Shown: piece by piece, positions 54,572 to 64,000 of the stretch
Position numbering within the stretch: the first letter of the stretch is position 1
Layout: every line of letters starts with the position of its first letter
DNA from: Octopus sinensis
Lineage: Eukaryota
Reading direction: 5' to 3'
Assembly: GCF_006345805.1 (NCBI RefSeq)
Contig: NC_043008.1
Coordinates: forward strand, 42,718,001-42,782,000
Length of the DNA stretch: 64,000 nt
Made by a program: the position numbers and the translations under genes
Notes under the pieces: model-generated
Told to the model about the DNA's origin: nothing
Seen by the model: the letters and a program-made list of their open reading frames with translations, nothing else
The model's database searches: none

Positions 54572-55721
54572 TATATATATATACCGTGATTGAGTGAGGT
54601 AGTAGCTGTCATTCCCCTTCCAAGATGATCAATGAAGAAGCGATCGGCAAAAAAATGACACTGAAGTTATGTGAAAGTAAGAATTAATTTTAAAAACTTA
54701 TTTCCAGCTGACAAACTATACGAAACGATTGGACGTGTGGAGATGTCAGTCGGAACACGTTTCTTGTTCCTCTTCTGACCTCATCATCTTCTTGAAATAA
54801 AGCAGAAAATTGACTGATGCGGATAGGCTTCTACTCTACAATCATATTTACCATCCATACTCTATGCTATGAATAATATTACGATAATATTTTCCTAGAA
54901 AATTTGGTAGGGAAATTACATTGATTTCAACGTAACGTTGGATCTGATCAAGCCAGCTGACTTTAAATTTGGCATTCTGAATGCCAATAAAACTGTATGA
55001 GAACCGCTAGAGAAGGAGAACGTGGTTAAAAAACACAACAATAGAACGAAAATCAAAGCATAGGCATAGAGATAATGCATATACAAGTAACTAATTAAAT
55101 AAGAAGAATATGAAGCCAAATACTAAGCCATCTGGAAAATGTTTACCAAAAGCATGCAAAAATAGGAATAAAAGACAGCGCGAGGAATATTTACAAAGAA
55201 GAAATTACTAAAGACGAAAATCACAAATGTTAAACAGCAATGCTAAGCGCGTTTTGGTAAATAGTACATAATTTTACAGACATAGATAAAGAAAAAGTAT
55301 AAAAACTAATTCAGTTTTTGTAAGGAGGCGAATACTTTAAAGGGCTTTCCTCTCGTTACTCCTTTTCAGTTTGACGCTAATTTCTTTAACACACATTTTT
55401 TGCTAGACAAGATACGGATGTAATATGAAGGGTTAATCAGCCAATTATCATACATGGAGACTTTCAAGATGTGTGCTGCAATTAAAAAAGCACTAAAAAC
55501 ACTGCAGCAGAAAGTATACGAATATATTACACGGGCTGATACGAAGTTCCAGCGACGGTAGCAGATGATTATCTCCCGCTAGCGTTATAAACACGAGTGC
55601 TTGTAGGCAACACACGGTTCTCTCATGAAAATAGCACAGTATTCTTTGTTCTAGCACAACATCGCTTTTTAAGTGGGAATAAATATTACCTTCTGGTAGT
55701 AACAATTGCTCTGTCGCAATT

Positions 55722-55858
<137 letters not shown>

Positions 55859-56548
55859 TGGTATGTTCTGCTAAGAACATAGTCCACCTTCACATTTACC
55901 CTGTGTTATCCAGTAATAATATTATAGGTAATTCTTCCAGGTTTGCATTTGGGTATCTATCGTGTGTGAATATATAATTGAAAACATTGGATTCACCAAG
56001 AGAACGATTGAACATTTATTTTTTTCTATCGCTACAATTGTTTCTTGGTAAAAGTATTTCACCAGGAATGCAGGTACTTCATTATGCAACCGTTTCTCTG
56101 CATTATAAGATCTAGTTCTGTTTCCTTGGGTTATATGTAAATATTGTCTCCGTAAGTTAAAAATTCTCTGTTTCAGGAACATTCTGTCGTGGCCTGAATT
56201 TTTCAATTATATATACATATATATCTATATATGAGTGTGCGTGTGTATACGTACGTATGTATATGTGTGTGTGTGTTTGTTTGCCTGCGCAAATGACTGA
56301 TACAGAGATAAAATTATTTAATAAATATTCGTCTCTCCTAATCGACGATTTTAATATTTTACTTGAAATATGGTTCCCCACATTTTAAATGGGATTATTA
56401 AGTAGAATTGTAAGGTTTTATCGTATCTCTGTCTGTTTGTCTGTCTCTCCCTCCATATCTCCTCCTCTCCTCCAACACGGTCTATCTGTCTGTCCCTCTC
56501 CCTGTATCTATCTAGACATTTATTTATCTCTCTGTATATATATATGTA

Positions 56549-56632
<84 letters not shown>

Positions 56633-57600
56633 ATATGTGAGTGTGTGTATGTGTTAATGTGTGGTATGCATACATGTATGTGTGTGTTGACGCTAGGGTT
56701 GATGTAATGTAACACTAGCACACATCACTTGACATATTTATGTCTATTTAATAGACATTTCTGTCAGTCATATTTTAACATTATAGGACACCGTTATATG
56801 TGGGGGGGGGACAGCTCAACAAATTACCTATACTGCTTCACACACATCCAATACACACATTAACAAATATACAGACACATACGCATACATACATTTATAT
56901 ACTTACATATACACTTGTATATGCATATATATATATACATATACACCTATACATATATGTGTAGATATATCGATGCGATGTTATAGTTATTGAAGTAGCT
57001 TCCGTTACAATTAATTATGTGCATGTATATGTGCACACATACATATAAGGATAGAAACATTATTCGATACACGCAAGCAGTAAAATCTATCTTTCATTCA
57101 ACGATTCTTTGATGAGCGATTCGTGACAGTTAATTCCTAATAAATACCATTTTAAGCCTACATCAGTGTGACGGATTAAATAGATGAGAAATCACGGCTG
57201 TTAGCAAACATATCAATCATTAAGTAGATTTATACATATATATTTATATACACATGCACATACAAGTATATAAATCAATGTGTGTCTGTGTATATAAAAG
57301 TAGAATTCTGTAACAGGTCTATGGTATCTACGTCTTATGTTGGTATTCTCGTTGAATCCCATATCTACCAGCCTACAGCACTACAATTACAGGGGCTGCT
57401 ATGGACGGCCCTTATGATTAGAAGCATGCTTATGATTACCTTACCCAATGTATTCTTGTTGAAGAAAGTAGAACAGTGGTTTCGAATCATTTCATTGTCA
57501 AATAGCATTTTTAAGGAAATTTTAAGCAAATAAATTTTTCCACCGAATTCCAACGTTGGCATTGTTTCCAATTTTTGTTGTTGTTGTTTCTTGTTAAGTA

Positions 57601-57897
57601 GGTGCAGGCGTGATTGTGTGGTGAGAAGTTTACTTTCCATGTACACGGTTCCAGGTTCAGTCCCACTGCGTGACAGCAAGTGTCTTCTACCATAGCCTCG
57701 GGACGACCAAAGCCTGTGCGTGTGCTTTTGTGTCGGTGTGTTCATGACTCCTTTGCTTGGCGGTTAGCAAATGATACCGACAGAATAATTACTAGGCTTT
57801 ATAAAATTAGCCCTGGTGCCGATTCTTTAACTAAGATACTTCAAGGCGTTGCTCCAGTATGGCTGCTGTCCAATGATTGAAGCAAGTAAAAGATAAA
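57601..57897 (+). mobile_element. SINE family B
   Basis: gtgtggtgagaag...ggttccaggttcagtccc...gcaagtgtcttctacc...ccagtatggctgc. Confidence 0.88.
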
Positions 57898-58138
57898 GAA
57901 TAAAAGATAATTCGCAATATATATATATATATATATTGGTGGGTGGGAATCTGGATGGACCGAAGACCTCAGACAGAGAAGCCTTTCATCAGATTATTAA
58001 CGAAGATGTTGTGAAAGTGGAGAGCTGACAGAATTGCTCGCACGCTTTCTCTCTCTCTCTATCTCGCTCACTCTTTCTCTCTCCCACTCTCTACTTCCCT
58101 ATCTCTCTCCCCGTCTCTCTCAGTATCTCTCTCCTCTC

Positions 58139-58169
<31 letters not shown>

Positions 58170-58180
<11 letters not shown>

Positions 58181-58290
58181 GTGCTTTTTAACTGACTGCT
58201 TGGTTGTTTGTCCTTATGTCCGACTATCTTTGATCTCTCCACTACCACCACCGCATCTACATCCGTTTATACCCAGACCGCAATCACACA
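58170..58290 (+). repeat. Dispersed repeat following (CT)n; second copy at 60480-60605
   Basis: Shared ccttatgtccgacta.ctttgatctctccac and tatacccagac. Confidence 0.7.
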
Positions 58291-58544
58291 CCCAACACCG
58301 AAGTCAATTTACTTATTTCGATGACATCAGCTGAGTACCGGGGGTCGATACAATCGATTGAAACCCTCCTCTATAAACCTCAAGCCTTGTTTCTATTGTG
58401 GAAAAGAGTATCATGGCTGCTAATGGATTCAGATTGAGAAGCGACACGAATTCTCTTTCGTTCATTTATGTCTTATTTTCACAGGGGTATACTTTGATAG
58501 GTTTCGGTCAGCATAAGCCCAGGATATGTAACTTAATAGCGCCA

Positions 58545-58990
58545 CCTGGTGAAGTCACTCAAATCAGGAATCGGACAACATGGCCTCCTCCGAGGAGACA
58601 TTGTTTATAGAAACATATCCGGGTATAGAAGGTTTATCCGGGATTTCTTGAAAGAATTTGTCCAAAGAATTCTTGAGGTTTATGGGGTCTCTTTCTGCTT
58701 TAATGTGCTTTGGTTTAATGTTAAAGAGAACGGGGCCAATTGAAGTCAAATAATTGTGCCGTATTGTTGTCATGAGATGCGAGTGTGATTTATGTTGTAG
58801 GAGGATAGCACGGGGCCCCAAGTCTTGGGTGTATCTTGAAGGTGATGCCAACATCATTTAGGCAATGCTGATGGAATATTTTCTACATCATGCAGATGAT
58901 GTAGTGCTCACGTCTGCTTTGGAAGGAATAAAGCTTGAGCTTTTCTAGTCGACCCCAATAGTCAAGGCCTCTCTTGCCATCTATTTTTTG
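58545..58990 (-). mobile_element. CR1/L2-type LINE 3' fragment
   Basis: LDYWGRLEKLKLYSFQSRREHYII..KIF followed by IGPVLFNIKPKHIK..LKNSLDKFFQEIPDKPSIPGY. Confidence 0.8.
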
Positions 58991-59560
58991 TGTAATTAAC
59001 CTTTGAAGTGCTTTAACTTTCATATTTTGTTTCGTGTGGGGAGACCACAGAGGACAACAGTATTCAAGGTGGGGTCGGTCAAAAGTGGAGAAAGGGATAA
59101 TGGTATGGATGATCGCATACCTTCTTTAACGTTGTACTAAGTATTAAGTCGCCAATTATTATTTGCTGACCAATAGCATCGCCAAGTATTATTTGGTGAC
59201 GTTGTTTCACAACTAGTGTTCAAATAGCACCGCAACACCTTTCTATCTCTTTTTACGCCAATGAGATCGATAAAATAATTATGGGGATCAATGCTATCGA
59301 TTAAACATCTTATGATGTTGTTCTCCAGTCTCGCCACAGTCCACCGAGTACAAGCAGTACCATAATCAAATCAATTATTAACTCGTAATGTCTTCCCATC
59401 AAATCATTCATACTTTCGAACACATATCGTAAACTCATACATTCATAAGTACACACAAACACTTATATACACAAACTCACACATTTACACACACAGATAC
59501 ATGCATCACTGCAGCGCACACATACTTACACTCACAAACATATATATGTATGCATATATT

Positions 59561-59959
59561 CTTTTATTTTTAACTTGTTTCAGTCATTTGACTGCGGCCA
59601 TGCTGGGGCATCGCCTTAAAGGGTGTCAGTCGAAGAACTCGACCCCAGTACTTATTCATTGTAAGCCTAGCACTTATTCTGTCGGTGTCTTTTGCCGAAC
59701 TACTAAGTTACGGGAACATAAACACACCAGCATCGATTGTCAAGCGATGGCGATGGAGGGGAGAGAAACACAGACACACACACACAAACACTTACAAGGG
59801 CTTCTTTCAGTTTCTGTGTACCAAATCTATGAAATCCATTCACAAGACCATTCACATTGGCCCGAGGCAATAGCAGAAGACATTTGCGGAACGTGCCACG
59901 CTATGGGACAGAACTCAGAGGCATGTGGCTAGGAAGCAAGTTTCTTACTACACAGCCAC
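59561..59959 (-). mobile_element. SINE family B, full length
   Basis: gtttcagtcatttgactgcggccatgctgggg ... cttactacacagccac. Confidence 0.9.
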
Positions 59960-59978
59960 GACAGACAGACAGACAGGC

Positions 59979-60058
<80 letters not shown>

Positions 60059-60345
60059 GATAGATAGATAGATAGATAGATAGGTAGTCGCTCTTAACCG
60101 TGAACTGTCACTCCAAACCGTAGCCTCTCTCGACACCAGTTATTCACACACTCGCCCATGAATACAAATTAACAGATAGAACATCGTTTAACATCTCGGA
60201 CACTTAACATTTCTAATTATATTATTTGCATATGTTTTATCTCTTCGACCTTTACAATTCAGCGTTCTCTCTGCATTAATCTTAATATTCTTCTACGCTT
60301 CAGTACCTGCCTCCCTATCTCTCACCCTCACTCTCACACTATCCT

Positions 60346-60402
<57 letters not shown>

Positions 60403-60479
60403 CTCTCTCTCTCTCGCTCTCTCTCTCTCTCTCCATTTCTCTATCCTCTTTCTCTTTACTTTTCTATCTCTTGCTTTTT

Positions 60480-60605
60480 ATCTGACCACCCGCTTTCGTC
60501 ACCCTTATGTCCGACTAGCTTTGATCTCTCCACCACCAACACCACCATCACCTCTAGCACATCTACCTCGCCTATACCCAGACGTCAATTAAACACCCAA
60601 CACCC
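60480..60605 (+). repeat. Dispersed repeat following (CT)n; related to 58170-58290
   Basis: Same shared blocks as the 58170 copy. Confidence 0.7.
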
Positions 60606-60780
60606 TCATACCAATACCCTCACACCCGCCCCATCAATAGAGGAATGAATTCCTCTAAAACTAAGCACGTTTCTTTCCTCAGTTATTTCCCACTAATAAA
60701 TCTTCGCTCCAGTGGTCAAGTCTCCGTCCGCCTCGCTGACCACTCGCTTTTACACATTCCCCATCTTTCTTCTTTTATCT

Positions 60781-60960
60781 TTTAATTCGTTTCAGTCACT
60801 AGACTGTGACCATGCTGGGGCACCGCTTTCAACTCGAACCAATCACCCACGGTATTCATGTTTTTAATCTCAGTACTTATTCCATTGGATACTTTTACCG
60901 AACCGCTAAGTTACGGGGACGAAAACACACCAACATCGGTCATCAAGTAGTCGTGAGTGA
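60781..60960 (-). mobile_element. SINE family B, 3' half
   Basis: gtttcagtcactagactgtgaccatgctggggcaccgc...gaaccgctaagttacgggg. Confidence 0.85.
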
Positions 60961-62632
60961 TATACACAGACACGACATACATATAAATATAAACACACAC
61001 AGACACATATACACTCACTCATCCCACGTGACCGGTGTTCGGCTAGGCCTGACCTTTCTTTCTTGGTTCAACTATCACCCGTGCAACATCTATATTTCTC
61101 CCCTTGCCTGTTAAATCTTATGTCCCTGCCGTAATGCTTTACTTCCATTCACGCCAGCTTAATTTAATTCGTCTTTAGTCGAAAGACACCTGTTGTTATG
61201 TCCTGTTTATTGCATTTGTATTTGTGTAACATTTCTCTGTTTTTTTTCCGTCCTTGTTTTCGTATACATTCGCTGCTCTCTTCCAAGGAATATAATGCTC
61301 TTAGCTTAGTTTTTCCTTGCTATTATGTTCTGTTCAGATGTGGTCAAATGCTTTATTTTTATCAATATATATTATTGCTTTTTTGTTTGCAATAGTCGGT
61401 TCTTTTGGTCAAACTATCGTATCTCCAGCTACTTCAGATGCCAAGGTATCAAAAATTATCAAAGTGTAGTACAGCAGTTTTGCTATGCAATGGTGAAACT
61501 ATTCCTTCGTTTTCTGAAAAAGCAACGTTTTGGACTTACGATACTTTGGACATTTTTTATTTCATGCCACACCCTGAAGAAATGAATATTGCACTGAACA
61601 AGCCTTTGTCAAGTTTTGCAGAAAAAAGGGAAAAGAGGAGATACCAGTGTTTGGGAATAGAATTGAAATTGCACCAAGCTGTAAAATTCACATAAATAAA
61701 AGATGCTGGTCATAGTAACCAGGGTGAAAACTGTGGTCTACCACCCTTGTTATGCATATGAAATAGTTTAAGATGCTCCATACTGATTTACTAAAAGCAG
61801 ATGGGAATCCTACCCTCACTCGTTACATTTTCTTTACGATCAATAATTAAGATGTTTTCCTTAATATTTTTAAACTAGGATTCATAAAAAGGATTATAGT
61901 TTGTTTTCTTCTTTTTATACGAATGTTAGAGATCATTTTTGTCTATAAACTGGAATTATTTCGGATTAAGAATGCAGGTGTATCCTGCAACTGGATCTGC
62001 TTACTTTCTGGGGGGTTTCTTTTGTAACAGTACATTTGTAAGTCAAATTGTGTGGCGGGAAAATAAAATTTTAAAAAATTGAATATTTGTAGGCGTATGT
62101 AAAATCAATTTTATTTTTTTTTGTTTCAGTCGATTTGTTCGTGCGAAATCCTCATCCTCAACATATTTGATGAGGTGATGTTTGGTGCGTAGCGACAGAG
62201 GACGCTGTGGAAATTATTCCTGTTTTACGAGCAAAAAAAACAGAAAAAAATTAGAATAATTTCTCGGTGACATTGAAAATGAATTTCGAGTTTCAGGAGG
62301 TTAAATATTGACTCCAGGTCACGCGAGTCAGTATGAGAAATACTCTTGGTTATATACACAGCGATAGAAATATGCATACATGCCAACAGAAGACACAAAA
62401 ATACATGCGCAAATATATACATACATATATACGCAAAGACAAACACAAATACACAGAAAAAAATAATGTTTTAATGATTTTCTTCAAACTTAGTTATGCA
62501 TCAAAGAAGATGATTGAAAATAGAAGAAATGGAACTAAGCAGACAGGTTTGGTAATCTCTTGAAATGGATCAAAATGGAAAATGATTAATTGATTAAAGA
62601 TTTAATTGAGATTGATGCTATTCGCGTGTGTG

Positions 62633-62650
62633 CCATTATTATTATTATTA

Positions 62651-62731
<81 letters not shown>

Positions 62732-62774
62732 GTTTGTTGTTGTTGTTATAATTATTATAGTTGCTGCTGTTATT

Positions 62775-62830
<56 letters not shown>

Positions 62831-62866
62831 GTTTGTTGTTGTTGTTATAATAATTATAGTTGTTGC

Positions 62867-62956
<90 letters not shown>
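62633..62956. repeat. (TAT)n array with a ~100-bp higher-order duplication
   Basis: tatgtttgttgttgttgttataat...tatagttg occurs at about 62729 and 62829. Confidence 0.95.
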
Positions 62957-64000
62957 CTAATGTCAGATTTAAGATACAGTTGATTGATTAAACAATGTAT
63001 TATACTGAACTGCTGCTGGATATTTCTAACTAAACACACACATTTCGTGTTCAATGCAAATTTACAGTTTATTTTTTAAGAAGTGTAATTGCTGATTTCT
63101 ATTTCTTACAATTACTGTTAAATTTAATGATTTTCATAGAGAATGGAAACTGGCATGGAAAGACAGTTAAATTCTTGGGAAAAACCAATCTCCGAACGAA
63201 TTCAATAAATTTAGAGAGCTTTAGGGGGAAAAAATGCTGATATCATTTTGATCCGAAAAAATAAACTAAAAGAAATGCGTGAATTTTGTTTCTCTCAGTG
63301 AAGATGTAATCCACCTGAAAAAATTCACTTAATATGTATCCTTGGAGAAATGCTATGTAGGCGTATAACAAAATAGGATAGTAGAATTCCCTAGATATAT
63401 ATATACACTTAGATATTAATATATATAATTGTGGTGGCTGAAATGTGTATGCGTTTATTAGTCAAGATGGTTCCCGGGACTGGTTTTTTACAAAGGATAC
63501 AGAAGCATAACGATTTCCATAAACTGAGATATTAGCTATAATGTTCGATATTCGATTCCAGTGGAACCAATTGCGGCCATGAGAAGAACTGAATTTGGTA
63601 TTTCATACGAAGGAACACTCGTCAGAGTTCAAAGTGCTGCCGCTGTTTACAACATGTACTTAGGTCGAGGGAAACGATTTCTAGTAACAGCATAGCACTT
63701 GTCTTTTTTGCGGCAGGCTACCTCTCGACTCATTCTTTCTCTCTCTCTTTATCTTTATGTCTCTCCACACACACCCACATATATACTATATATACTGAAT
63801 AAATCTATAGCTGATAGAAGATAGAATATTTAGTTTAAAAACTCCTTAAAGGAAAATCCCTATACAGTAGTTTTCTAACCCAATAGTCAACTTGCTATAA
63901 TTTATAACTTTATGTACTTCGAGTTACGCCGTTAAAGGCGATTTACGTCATATTTCTCAAAGGCTGGAAATGTGTATGAAGTAAACAATTATAGATAGAT

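Noticed and set aside
54620-54780. Apparent plus-strand exon pair MINEEAIGKK… / DKLYETIGR…
   Set aside because: The implied intron is only 31 nt.

Overview
AT-rich, microsatellite-saturated eukaryotic DNA. The repeat families point to an octopus or other coleoid cephalopod (inference, no search run). Most of the window reads as intronic or intergenic, and nearly all ORFs in the supplied track are translations of microsatellites. Supported content: more than 20 tRNA-derived SINE copies in three families; several 5'-truncated non-LTR retrotransposon ends of the restriction-like-endonuclease (R4/Dong-like) type, lying in or beside (TAA)n/(TAG)n tracts; a CR1/L2-type LINE 3' fragment; a Penelope-like GIY-YIG fragment; and a palindromic mariner derivative. 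The most interesting signals are five sequence-unrelated type I hammerhead-ribozyme-like motifs, one enclosed in a 124-bp inverted repeat, and three phase-compatible candidate small exons on the minus strand that would join into one open hydrophilic C-terminal peptide. No host gene could be named. Repeat boundaries are approximate and were read by eye.
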